Below are positions 9,433 to 18,227 of a stretch of 64,000 nt of DNA, one piece after another. Position 1 is the stretch's first letter; each line of letters begins with the position of its first letter. The notes under the pieces were generated by a model. That model saw nothing but the letters and a program-made list of their open reading frames with translations. It did no database searches and had not been told where the DNA came from. The DNA comes from Candidatus Brocadiaceae bacterium (lineage in GTDB: Bacteria > Planctomycetota > Brocadiia > SM23-32). A program made the position numbers and the translations under genes. Location: positions 79,641 through 143,640 of the forward strand of contig CAWDVO010000022.1 in NCBI GenBank assembly GCA_963805825.1, read 5' to 3'.

Positions 9433-12400
9433 AACAGAAGTCCAACGCGGAACTCGTCGAGGAACTCGAACAACTCCGGCGTCGCGTCGCCGACCTGGAG
9501 TCCGAGGGCGGTGCGCACCCGCCGCCCGGGGACGAGCCGGCCGGCAAGAACCGGTACCGCGAGGTCGTCCGAACCTCCATGGCCGGCTTCTGGCTCATCG
9601 ACATGGAGGGGCGGTTCCTCGACGTGAACGCCGCGTACTGCCGCCTGAGCGGCTACAGCCGCGAGGAACTCCTCCGGATGCGTATCCGCGACGTGGAGGC
9701 CATGGAGACGCCCGAAGAGACGGCGCGTCACATAACGGCGATTACCGAAGAGGGTTACGACCGCTTTGAGACAAAACACCGGCGCAAGGACGGGGCGACC
9801 GTCGACGTGGAGGTCAGCGCCAGCCTCTCGGACGTGGAGGACGGCCGGATCGTCGCCTTCGTGCGCGACATCACAAGGAGCAAACGGGCCGAGGAAGAAC
9901 TCACGGCAGCATACCAGCAGCTCCAGGCGAGCAATCAGCAACTGAAGGCCACCGAGCAGCAGCTCCGCGCCTCCAACCAACAGCTCGAGGCGAGCAACCG
10001 GCAGTTGCGTGCGGATGAAGAGGCGCTGCGCCGGAGCGAGACGCTCTACCGCCGCCTGGTCCAGCACCTCCCCCAGCGCATCTTCATCAAGGACCGCAAC
10101 TCGGTCTTCGTCTCCTGCAACGCCAACTTCGCCCACGACAGCGGACTTGAGCCGGAGCAGGTCATCGGGAAGGACGACTTCGCCCTCTACCCGCGCGAAT
10201 TGGCCGAGGCCTACCGGGCCGACGACCGCGCAGTGATGGAGGCGGGACAGCCGAAGGTCATCGAAGAGCCCGTCCCGGCGAGGGGAGAGACGCGCTGGGT
10301 ACACACGATCAAGGTGCCCTTCCACGACGAACGGGGGAACGTGATCGGCGTGCTGGGCATCTTCGAGGACGTCACGGAGCGCAGACAGGCCGAGGAGAGC
10401 GCCAGGCTGCTGGCGACGATAGTGGAGAGTTCCGAGGACGCCATCCTGAGCAAGACCCTCGACGGCGTCGTCACCTCGTGGAACGCCGGCGCCGAGAAGC
10501 TGTACGGCTACCCGGCAGAGGAGGCGGTCGGGCGCCGCATTGCCTTCCTGGTCCCTCCCGACAGGACGGACGAACTCCCCGAGATACTGAGGCGCCTGGC
10601 CAGGGGCGAGCTGGTGGAGCACCTCGAGACCGTCCGGGTGCGGAAGGACGGCACTGTAGTGGAGGTCTCCCTGACCGTCTCCCCGATCAAGGATGAGTCC
10701 GGGGGTGTCGTCGGCGCCTCGTCCATCGCCCGCGACATCACCGAGCGCAAGCGGCGCGAGGAGCGAAACCGCCTGACCCGCGAAGTGCTGGAAGAACTCA
10801 CCCGTCCGGGCACGGCGGCCGATTCGGCCCGCAGCGTCCTTAAGCTGATCGGGAAGGGGCTGGATTTCGAGGCGACGGGCATTCGCCTGCGCGACGGCGA
10901 TGACTACCCCTATTGCGAGACCAGCGGCTTTGACGACGAATTCGTGGAACTCGAGCGGCACCTGTGCGTGCGCGACCGGGCGGGGGACGTCGCGCGCGAC
11001 ACGAAGGGCAACCCCGTCCTCGAGTGCATGTGCGGCAACGTCATACTCGGCCGCGTCGACCCCAGCCTGCCTTTCTTCACCGAGGGCGGGAGCTTCTGGA
11101 CCAACAGCACGACGGAACTACTGGCGTCCACGACGGAAGCGGACCGCCAGGCGCGCACCCGTAACCGGTGCCACGGCGAAGGCTATGAGTCCGTGGCCCT
11201 CATCCCACTGCGGTCGGGCAGTGAGACCGTCGGCCTGCTGCAGCTCAACGATCACCGGTGGGGCAAGTTCACTCCGGAACTGGTCCAGTACCTCGAAGGG
11301 CTGGGCGTCACCATCGGCATTGCCCTCGCCCGCGAGAGGGCTCAGGAGGAACTCGAAGCCGTGGCCAGGTTCCCGTCCGAGGACCCCTCCCCCATCCTGC
11401 GCATCAGCGAGGACGGCAACCTGCTCTACGTGAACCCGAAAGGCGCGGAGCTGCTGACTCACTGGCGCCTGAAGGCCGGTCAGCCGGCCCCGCAGACGCT
11501 GCGCGACGTCGCCGACAGGGCGTTGACGGACGGGACGGCGCAGGCTGTCGAGATCGAGCACGACGGGCGGCTGTACCTGTTCGACGTCGTGCCGCTGGCG
11601 GGCGCCGGCTACGCCACTCTGTACGGGCGCGACATCACCGGACTCAGGCGGGCTGAGGACGCGCTGCGCCGCAGCGAGCGCAAGTTCCGCGCCATGGTGG
11701 AGAACGTGGGCATCGGCGTGGCCCTGATCGCCCCGGACATGCGCATCCTGGAGCTGAACCGCAAGATGCACGACTGGTTCCCGCAGGTCGACACGACGGC
11801 CTACCCGCCCTGCTACAAGGTCATCCAGCACCCTCCGCGCCAGGAGGCGTGCGAGGCCTGCCCGGTCCGGGCGACGCTGGACGACGGCCAGGTCCACGAG
11901 GCCACCAAGCGCCTCGCCACGCCACTGGGGGACCGCATCTTCCGCATCGTTTCCACTCCGGTGCGCAACGACCAGGGCGAAGTCACCGCCGCCATCCAGA
12001 TGATGGAGGACATGACGGACCACCTTTCCATGGAGGACCAGCTTCGCCAGGCCCAGAAGATGGAGGCCGTCGGCCAACTGGCGGGCGGAGTCGCCCACGA
12101 CTTCAACAACCTGCTGACGGGGATCGGAGGGTTCGTGGGCTTCGCGCGCGACGCCGTGGAACTGGGCTCCCCGGCCTACGACGACCTGGGTAAGGTGCTC
12201 GGCCTGGTGGACCGGGCGGCCGCCCTGACCCGCCAGCTCCTGGCGTTCAGCCGCCGGCAGATGCTCGAGCCGGTCGTCCTCGACGTTAACGAACTCCTGT
12301 CCGAGCAGGTCAAGCTGCTGAGGCGCCTGCTCGGGGAGGACATCGACCTGCAGTTCGCGCCGGCGCCCCAACTCCGGAACGTGTGTGCCGACCCCGGCCA

Positions 12401-13172
12401 GATCGAGCAGATAGTCCTGAACCTGGCCGTCAACGCCCGCGACGCCATGCCCACCGGCGGCCGGCTGATCATCGAGACCGCCGACGTCGAACTCAGCGAG
12501 GACTACGTGCGCGAGCACGCCGAAGCGACCGGCGGGCCGCACGTGATGATCGCGATGAGCGACACGGGCTGCGGCATGGACGCGGAGACCAGGCAGCGCA
12601 TCTTCGAGCCCTTCTTCACGACCAAGGAGCGCGGCAAGGGGACGGGGCTCGGCCTTGCCACGGTCTACGGCATCGTGAAACAGCACAACGGCAGCATCCA
12701 GGTCTACAGTGAGGAGGGCAAGGGAACGACGTTCAGGATCTACGTGCCCAGCGTCGGCCGGCAGGCGGAGGAACGGCCGACCCGCACCGAGTTCATCACG
12801 GGAGGGACGGAGACGATCCTGCTGGTGGAGGACGAGGAGGCCATCCGGGCGATCAGTTGCCGGCGTCTGGAACTGCTGGGCTACGACGTGCTCTGCGCCG
12901 CCGGACCCGACGAGGCCGAGCAAATGGCAGCCGAACACGGCGGCCCGCTCGACCTGCTGCTGACCGACGTCGTCATGCCGGGCCGCAACGGCCGTGAGCT
13001 GTATGAGTCGCTGCAGTCCAGGCAGCCCGGCCTCAAGGTGCTCTATATGTCAGGCTACACGGACAAGGCGGTCCTGCGCGACGGCCTGCTGGGCGAACAT
13101 GCGGGCATGCTCCAGAAGCCCTTTGGACAGCACGACCTGGCAGCCAAGGTGCGCCAGGCGCTGGACCGGTAG
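9429..13172 (+). CDS. hybrid sensor histidine kinase: coiled-coil, multiple PAS/PAC domains, Cys-containing GAF-like domain, HisKA, HATPase_c, C-terminal receiver
   Basis: 1247 aa. N-terminal coiled coil plus heptad repeats ([31 protein letters not shown]). Several PAS-like blocks. GAF-like region with CETSGF...CVRDRAG...ECMCGN...[17 protein letters not shown]-box [19 protein letters not shown]-boxes GCGMD and [18 protein letters not shown] domain [11 protein letters not shown]...[18 protein letters not shown]. Confidence 0.85.
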   Translation: MKQKSNAELVEELEQLRRRVADLESEGGAHPPPGDEPAGKNRYREVVRTSMAGFWLIDMEGRFLDVNAAYCRLSGYSREELLRMRIRDVEAMETPEETARHITAITEEGYDRFETKHRRKDGATVDVEVSASLSDVEDGRIVAFVRDITRSKRAEEELTAAYQQLQASNQQLKATEQQLRASNQQLEASNRQLRADEEALRRSETLYRRLVQHLPQRIFIKDRNSVFVSCNANFAHDSGLEPEQVIGKDDFALYPRELAEAYRADDRAVMEAGQPKVIEEPVPARGETRWVHTIKVPFHDERGNVIGVLGIFEDVTERRQAEESARLLATIVESSEDAILSKTLDGVVTSWNAGAEKLYGYPAEEAVGRRIAFLVPPDRTDELPEILRRLARGELVEHLETVRVRKDGTVVEVSLTVSPIKDESGGVVGASSIARDITERKRREERNRLTREVLEELTRPGTAADSARSVLKLIGKGLDFEATGIRLRDGDDYPYCETSGFDDEFVELERHLCVRDRAGDVARDTKGNPVLECMCGNVILGRVDPSLPFFTEGGSFWTNSTTELLASTTEADRQARTRNRCHGEGYESVALIPLRSGSETVGLLQLNDHRWGKFTPELVQYLEGLGVTIGIALARERAQEELEAVARFPSEDPSPILRISEDGNLLYVNPKGAELLTHWRLKAGQPAPQTLRDVADRALTDGTAQAVEIEHDGRLYLFDVVPLAGAGYATLYGRDITGLRRAEDALRRSERKFRAMVENVGIGVALIAPDMRILELNRKMHDWFPQVDTTAYPPCYKVIQHPPRQEACEACPVRATLDDGQVHEATKRLATPLGDRIFRIVSTPVRNDQGEVTAAIQMMEDMTDHLSMEDQLRQAQKMEAVGQLAGGVAHDFNNLLTGIGGFVGFARDAVELGSPAYDDLGKVLGLVDRAAALTRQLLAFSRRQMLEPVVLDVNELLSEQVKLLRRLLGEDIDLQFAPAPQLRNVCADPGQIEQIVLNLAVNARDAMPTGGRLIIETADVELSEDYVREHAEATGGPHVMIAMSDTGCGMDAETRQRIFEPFFTTKERGKGTGLGLATVYGIVKQHNGSIQVYSEEGKGTTFRIYVPSVGRQAEERPTRTEFITGGTETILLVEDEEAIRAISCRRLELLGYDVLCAAGPDEAEQMAAEHGGPLDLLLTDVVMPGRNGRELYESLQSRQPGLKVLYMSGYTDKAVLRDGLLGEHAGMLQKPFGQHDLAAKVRQALDR

Positions 13173-13174
13173 CC

Positions 13175-14560
13175 TCAAGCGCGCGTCATCTCCGCGCTCA
13201 ACTCCGGCTGCGGCAGGTAGGCCCCGTTCTCGCGCAGCGTCGTCACCAACCGCGCCGTGTCCAGCTCGCAAGCGGCCCGGCCCGTGGCCAGCGACTGCAC
13301 GGCCGCCGTGCCCGCGGCCTGGCCCATCATCGCCGCCGCCGGCATCACGCGGATGGAGCCGTGTACCTGCACGTCGCTGGAGTTGCAGCGCCCCGCCACC
13401 CACAGGTTCCGCCAGCCCTTCGGCACCAGGATGCCGTACGGTATGCCGTGGCACTCGCCCGGCCCCAGCCGGCCCGTCACGTCGCGCTCGCGCAGGTGGC
13501 GCTCCCACTCCTCGTCCGAGCAGTCGTAGATGTGGATGTCCACGAACTTGTTGAAGACACCGATCTGGTCCGGGAACTGCCGGCGCGCAAGGTAGTCGTC
13601 GACCGTCAGCTGGTACTCGCCCACGATGCGGCGCGACTCCCGCACGCCCATCAACGCCCCGGTGCCTACGCACTGCAGCCCCTCGCAGCCCGGAACGTGC
13701 TTCCGGAGGAACTCCACGAACTCCTGCACGAGCCGTCGCCCCTGCGCCATGCCCTCGCTCAGGTCCCGGCAGCGGCAGGCGTTCAGGCCGAAGACGTGCC
13801 CCCCGTTCAGGTAGCCCACGCCGCCGGAGACCGGGCTCATCCCGGGCAGATGGCGGTCGAACTGCGTGAACTCGCCCGCCGACAGGGCCCTGCAGTATTC
13901 GTTGTACACGTTGACGCCGCTCGCCCGCACCGCGGCCCAGTCGATGTTCGCGTGGAGGGACGCCAGGGTGGCCGGCATGATGTCCTCGGTGTCCCGCCCC
14001 GCTTCCCGGTAGGCCGCCCCGCAAAGCGCCGAGAGCACGGCGTCGCCGGTGGCGTCGATGAACGCGCGGGCGGGCACGTAGCGGTAGCCCTCGATGTTGT
14101 GCAGCACGACCCCGCCGACGCGGCCCTCCTCGGCCGCGGCGTCGGCGTCGATCACGCGCGTGAAGAAGCGCACCTCCACCCCGCTCCCGGCGGCCAGCTC
14201 GTCGAGGAGCAGCTTCAGCCCCTCGCCGCTGAACTGCGTCCAGCGGTGGTAGTGCTTCCGCCACGTGTCAGGCTGCACGCCCTCGGCCACGAAGCCGCGC
14301 TCGTGTAGCGTCTCGACCAGCTCGCGCATGAACCCGCCGACGAGCATCCTCTCGCCGTCGGCCATCGGGTCGAAGGCGTTGACCATGCCGGAGGTGCCCA
14401 TGCCGCCCAGGCACCCGGTCTGCTCGACCAGCAGCACGTCCGCCCCCAGCCGCGCCGCGCAGATGGCCGCCGCGCTCCCCGCCGGCCCGCCCCCGGCCAC
14501 GACGAGGTCATACTCCCGATCCACGGCGACATCGCGCACCAACTTGAAGGTCTCAGCCAT
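13175..14560 (-). CDS. FAD-dependent oxidoreductase (FAD_oxidored/PF12831-like)
   Basis: 461 aa: MAETFKLVRDVAVDREYDLVVAGGGPAGSAAAICAARLGADVLLVEQTGCLGGMGTSGMVNAF. Rossmann GxGxxG dinucleotide-binding motif. Antisense ORFs 13050..14264 and 13361..14308 are shadows. Confidence 0.75.
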   Translation of the reverse strand: MAETFKLVRDVAVDREYDLVVAGGGPAGSAAAICAARLGADVLLVEQTGCLGGMGTSGMVNAFDPMADGERMLVGGFMRELVETLHERGFVAEGVQPDTWRKHYHRWTQFSGEGLKLLLDELAAGSGVEVRFFTRVIDADAAAEEGRVGGVVLHNIEGYRYVPARAFIDATGDAVLSALCGAAYREAGRDTEDIMPATLASLHANIDWAAVRASGVNVYNEYCRALSAGEFTQFDRHLPGMSPVSGGVGYLNGGHVFGLNACRCRDLSEGMAQGRRLVQEFVEFLRKHVPGCEGLQCVGTGALMGVRESRRIVGEYQLTVDDYLARRQFPDQIGVFNKFVDIHIYDCSDEEWERHLRERDVTGRLGPGECHGIPYGILVPKGWRNLWVAGRCNSSDVQVHGSIRVMPAAAMMGQAAGTAAVQSLATGRAACELDTARLVTTLRENGAYLPQPELSAEMTRA

Positions 14561-15270
14561 CAGCTCTCTCTCCGTGTTGACGCGGCCCTGGCCCTCCCTG
14601 CAGCGCGGCCCATCATAGCCCCGTCGCCGGCGCCGAGCTCAACGCCCCTGCCCGTGGTCTCCGCGTCGACACCCCCGCCTTGCGCGGCACCTTCGGCACC
14701 CACCTCATCGGGACCTATGGAGGCAGTATTGCGCTCTTGCCCCCCTCCCGTGGACCCTGAGCCAGAAGCGCGCCTCGCCTCCGCGTAGCAGAAGCGCGTC
14801 TGGAAACTCAGGAAGCCATGCGGGCCGGGTTGCACGGGAGGCAGCCCGGTCTCCGCCCAGACCTCCTTGCTGAATCCCACGAACCCGCCCGTCTCCGCAC
14901 CCCGAAGCTCCCATTCGTCGCCCACCACCCGCTTGGTGAACTCGGCACTTTCGCCCGCTGTGGGGTTCACCGGCCCGACGTCGTCGAATTCCGCCGGCGG
15001 GTCCAAAGGACGACCGTTAACTTGGTTCACCATGAAGACGGGCAAGGCAGCCTTCTGCGGAAGCGGTGCCGTCCAGATCCCGCGCACGGTGGCGAGTTCG
15101 CCGAGCGGCAGGCCAAGTCTGCCGACAACCTTCACCCGCTCGGGGATATCGCTCCAGCGCACCACCCGTAGCTGCTCCTTCTGCCCACAGCCGGTTGAGA
15201 TCGACGCCAGAAGCACCAGCAGACACGCAGCAGCCAACCCAGCCAACATGCGTGAGGTGGGCAGGATCAT
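14560..15270 (-). CDS. putative lipoprotein of unknown function (signal peptide with LASISTGC lipobox); disordered Gly-rich tail
   Basis: 236 aa, MILPTSRMLAGLAAACLLVLLASISTGCGQ... Stop overlaps the oxidoreductase start by 1 nt (operon). The C-terminal 70 aa are low-complexity G/A/R-rich and may be partly spurious. Confidence 0.5.
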   Translation of the reverse strand: MILPTSRMLAGLAAACLLVLLASISTGCGQKEQLRVVRWSDIPERVKVVGRLGLPLGELATVRGIWTAPLPQKAALPVFMVNQVNGRPLDPPAEFDDVGPVNPTAGESAEFTKRVVGDEWELRGAETGGFVGFSKEVWAETGLPPVQPGPHGFLSFQTRFCYAEARRASGSGSTGGGQERNTASIGPDEVGAEGAAQGGGVDAETTGRGVELGAGDGAMMGRAAGRARAASTRRES

Positions 15271-15370
15271 TCCGGTGCCCTCCTGTGCTCGATTCCGCCG
15301 AACGCCGAGACCGGGCCCTGCCGCATAGCATACAAAGAGGACCGACGGTATGCCAACCAGGTCCTTGAGC

Positions 15371-15500
15371 CAGAACGGTCTCCCAGTTCATCCGGAGCCA
15401 CATGCGCCAGGCCCCGTTCTCGCCGGAGAGTCCACAGACTCCTGTCCATGGAAGAGAGCGCAGCCGCCTGCCGGAGACAACCGAGACGATGTCGTCGAAC
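15371..15500 (+). repeat. copy 1 (most diverged, with indels) of a ~150-bp intergenic repeat family
   Basis: GCCCCGTTCTCGCCGGAGAGTCCACAGACTCCTGTCCA aligns to copies 2 and 3 (GCCCCGTTTCTGCCGGAGCTTCCACAGACTCGAGTCCG and GCCCCGTTTCCGCCAGAGTTTCCACAGATTCCTGTCCA). A conserved minus-frame peptide motif VCG.SG.NGAW.M..W is present in all three copies. Confidence 0.5.
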
Positions 15501-15556
15501 TGGTCCATCGAAGCCATCAAGGCGCGCTGAACAGGTACATCGCCCAGCCCAGGCAG

Positions 15557-16270
15557 TCACGCCCCCATCGCAGGTAGCCGTCTCGGCCCTTGCGCGCGGT
15601 ATCGAGGAGTGCGTCCGAGTCCGGATCGTCGGGATGGGCTGCCGCGTACGCGTTCGGCAGCCTGCCACTGCAGTCCCTCGTACCTGTCCCAATCGTCCTC
15701 AGAGGAGACGATGGAGTACAGGAATGTAAGACCCAGGTCCACACCGGCCCGGACGTTGCTCGCGTGAGAGCCGAACGACTCGGCCTCCTGTCCGGTCAGC
15801 TTCAGGTATTCCGGCTCCGGGGGAACCTTCCAGAACGGCTCACCCGCGAGCACGAGACCGCCCGGCCTCACCATCTTGCTCAGGGCCTCGAGCGTTCTCT
15901 TGTGCCCCCCATAGACCCAGGAGGCGCCGATGCACGAGGCCATGTCCAGGCTCTCCTGTCGGTCCGGCTCATACTGGCCCCCGTCCATGTTCAGCAGATC
16001 GATACGATCCGTGAGCTGCCGGGCGGCGACGTTCTTCCGCGCTTCCTCGAAGGTGACGGGAGACAGGTCGAGCCCGGTGCCTGTCACCTCGTAGCGTTCC
16101 GCGACGAGGCAGAGAAACTCGGCCTTACCACAGGCCACGTCCAGGACCCGCCCCCCGTCAGGCAGGCGCAGGAGGTCGACGAGTTCCCTGGTCTTGGCCA
16201 GGCTCATCGGGTTCATGATCGTATGGTCGGTGTGGGTGATGCCGAAGTACTTCCACATGTCCATGTCCAC
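15557..16270 (-). CDS. class I SAM-dependent methyltransferase
   Basis: 237 aa; motif I VLDVACGKAE, post-I LDLS, motif II MVRPGGLVLAGE. The C-terminal 30 aa (R/G/P-rich) look like out-of-frame read-through, so a 3' frameshift is possible. Confidence 0.7.
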   Translation of the reverse strand: MDMDMWKYFGITHTDHTIMNPMSLAKTRELVDLLRLPDGGRVLDVACGKAEFLCLVAERYEVTGTGLDLSPVTFEEARKNVAARQLTDRIDLLNMDGGQYEPDRQESLDMASCIGASWVYGGHKRTLEALSKMVRPGGLVLAGEPFWKVPPEPEYLKLTGQEAESFGSHASNVRAGVDLGLTFLYSIVSSEDDWDRYEGLQWQAAERVRGSPSRRSGLGRTPRYRAQGPRRLPAMGA

Positions 16271-16374
16271 GGGTGGGTCCTTTCATCGTTGTCCGGCACT
16301 CGTCGCGACAGAGCCGCCGGAGTCGGCCGACCTCAAGTAGCCGTCGGCGCCGCCATCTTACCACCACCAGATCC

Positions 16375-16529
16375 TCATCCACCATGCCCCGTTTCTGCCG
16401 GAGCTTCCACAGACTCGAGTCCGTTCCTGGCGAGGCAGGCACGCTATGGCACGGAGCCGCCCGAGACGGAGGATAGGCGGGGTCCGCCTTCGCGCAAGGC
16501 TACGGCGGACGAAAGTCAGAAGCCCGCGG
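16375..16529 (+). repeat. copy 2 of the ~150-bp repeat family, followed at about 16595-16650 by a degenerate tRNA 3'-half-like segment
   Basis: About 85% identical to copy 3 over about 140 bp. Downstream GCGTGGAGCGG...GTGAAATTCGAAC...GACGTCCAGC is collinear with the GCGTGGAGCGGGCGAGGGGATTCGAACCCCCGACGTCCAGC segment after copy 3. Confidence 0.55.
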
Positions 16530-16715
16530 CCGGGGCGCAGATAAGGACTGCTGGCACGGCCGGACGCTGGATGGCACGAGAAAGCGTGGAGCGGTCGACG
16601 GGACTCGCCGGGCGGCGAGTGAAATTCGAACTTCATCCGCCTGCCGGCGGACCGCGACGTCCAGCGTCTTTCTCTTGGCGCCGTGATTGGTGCGCCTCCC
16701 CTTGCTCCCCGGGCT

Positions 16716-17048
16716 TCAGGGAGGCGAGCTGCCGTGACGCCTCTGTTCTGTGGCTCTGCGTTCCGAAACGAGGTACCACCCAAGCGCTGCGATGAACAGG
16801 ACGAAGGTGATACCGCCCCCGATGAGGACCTGATGGAGCCGGGACTGCGCTTCGTCGTAGACGGCTCTGTCCACCTGGTAGAGCTTTCCGTGGTTGTTGA
16901 TCACGTGCCGCCCGTCTTTCGTGACGTACGGCACGCCATGGCCGTAAGGCGCGACGAAGGTCCAGTATCCATACATGCCGAGCAGGCCCGGCAGTAGCGC
17001 CACCCACGCGAGCAACAGCAGGATCACGAAACGAGTCGGTGCTTTCAC
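16716..17048 (-). CDS. hypothetical small membrane protein (2 TM)
   Basis: 110 aa: MKAPTRFVILLLLAWVALLPGLLGMYGYW...GGGITFVLFIAALGWYLV. Hydrophobicity only; it sits in a repeat-rich, gene-poor stretch. Confidence 0.3.
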   Translation of the reverse strand: MKAPTRFVILLLLAWVALLPGLLGMYGYWTFVAPYGHGVPYVTKDGRHVINNHGKLYQVDRAVYDEAQSRLHQVLIGGGITFVLFIAALGWYLVSERRATEQRRHGSSPP

Positions 17049-17100
17049 TTCTGCCTGACCTCCAGAGGACCCACCGGCGACGCTCCTCCGTGTGCCCGAA

Positions 17101-17424
17101 TCAGTGCAAGAGGATGACCATCAGAAGAACGACCATGAACAGCGTTGATGAAATGGCCGAAAACAGGTAGAGCGGGAGCCACGCGTGGAGGTATTCGTCA
17201 ACGCCCATGCGGCGAATCCGGCCCGAGCTGCGCAGCAACGACCCGGCTCGGCGGTCGCCCTTCGCCCTTCTCTTTTGGACCCACGTCAAGTAGAGGTAGT
17301 AGAGCCACAACGATGCCCAAATGACTGCACATCCGGCAGCAAACGTGAGCAACATGTCGTGACGTGACATCCATATGACTGCACATCCAGCAGCGAACGT
17401 AAGCAACATGTCGTGAGGTGCCAT
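17101..17424 (-). CDS. hypothetical small membrane protein containing an internal 18-aa tandem duplication
   Basis: 107 aa with HDMLLTFAAGCAVIW repeated twice. Caused by a 54-bp tandem duplication at the DNA level. May be spurious. Confidence 0.2.
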   Translation of the reverse strand: MAPHDMLLTFAAGCAVIWMSRHDMLLTFAAGCAVIWASLWLYYLYLTWVQKRRAKGDRRAGSLLRSSGRIRRMGVDEYLHAWLPLYLFSAISSTLFMVVLLMVILLH

Positions 17425-17428
17425 CGGG
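17321..17428. repeat. 54-bp tandem duplication (2 copies, about 6 mismatches)
   Basis: ATGACTGCACATCCGGCAGCAAACGTGAGCAACATGTCGTGACGTGACATCCAT at 17321-17374, followed by ATGACTGCACATCCAGCAGCGAACGTAAGCAACATGTCGTGAGGTGCCATCGGG at 17375-17428. Confidence 0.7.
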
Positions 17429-17582
17429 AAGGCCCCGTTGCTGGTACCCGCGAGAAGTGACTGGACTTCGGTTAGGGCAGATGCCCATTCTCCTCAGTAT
17501 AGGCCCTTCATTGTGCTTCTGGCAAGCAGGCAGGGCGTGGCACCGCTGCGACTCGAAGGCCAAGACAGCTTCATCCAGAACT

Positions 17583-17707
17583 TCATCCACCATGCCCCGT
17601 TTCCGCCAGAGTTTCCACAGATTCCTGTCCAGCCCTGGCGCTGCTGGCACACTATGGCACGAAGGCGGCCGACACGGCGAGTTGGAGGAAGAGTCAGAAG
17701 CTCGCGG
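17583..17707 (+). repeat. copy 3 of the ~150-bp repeat family, immediately upstream of the tRNA-Gly 3'-half remnant
   Basis: TCATCCACCATGCCCCGTTTCCGCCAGAGTTTCCACAGATTCCTGTCCAGCCCTGGCG...CTATGGCACGAAGGCGGCCGACACGG...AGTCAGAAGCTCGCGG aligns with copy 2. Confidence 0.55.
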
Positions 17708-17755
17708 GGGTGGCCCACTTAGGCCACTGCTGTCACGTCCTGGCAGGTAATGGCG

Positions 17756-17806
17756 TGGAGCGGGCGAGGGGATTCGAACCCCCGACGTCCAGCTTGGGAA
17801 GCTGAC
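17756..17806 (-). tRNA. tRNA-Gly(CCC) 3'-half fragment (anticodon stem-loop through CCA), not a complete gene; att-site-like remnant
   Basis: Minus strand reads GTCAGCTTCCCAAGCTGGACGTCGGGGGTTCGAATCCCCTCGCCCGCTCCA. It matches E. coli tRNA-Gly(CCC) 3' half (AGCTTCCCAAGCT...GGGTTCGATTCCCTTCGCCCGCTCCA) nearly base for base. No complementary 5' acceptor strand (GCGGGCG) or D-arm upstream, so the cloverleaf cannot be completed. Confidence 0.6.
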
Positions 17807-18227
17807 GAGCGATGCCCCTAAGACACGACACAGGGCAGGCTTACAACTTACGTGCATGCCGTTTCCGCCCCCGTTTCCGCAACGCTTTGGGGTAACCGTT
17901 GGTCAGCGTGACGAGCGCGTCGGATGAGGAGGCCTGAATCGGTTTGGGCCCGGTCAGATGACCGCCCGCCAGGCACAGGTACAGGCGTCAAACTTGATTG
18001 CGATCAGCTGCTCCGAGCGCCTGGCAGTCACGACGCTCGGGCAACTGGCAGGTCAGACTGTCCGGGTTGCACAAGCAGAGCCGAAGGCTTGATCGCAACC
18101 CTTGCGCTGCAGAGACAGGCGGCCTCAAGGGAGCTTTGGCCCCAACTCTGTGCTCCGTGCCGGACCCGCGCGCGTCATAGGTCTGGGCGTCCCGCCACTT
18201 CCACCGGCTTCGTAGGCTCCTTGAGCA

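Noticed and set aside
11118-12938. 606-aa minus ORF inside the histidine kinase
   Set aside because: Antisense to the HisKA/HATPase region; low-complexity translation.
13050-14308. 404-aa minus and 315-aa plus ORFs across the FAD oxidoreductase
   Set aside because: Alternative frames of a gene with a clear GxGxxG FAD-binding N-terminus; R/P/G-rich.
17756-17850. Complete tRNA gene
   Set aside because: Only the 3' half folds. No 5' acceptor strand complementary to CGCCCGC and no D-arm exist upstream, so it was recorded as a fragment rather than a gene.
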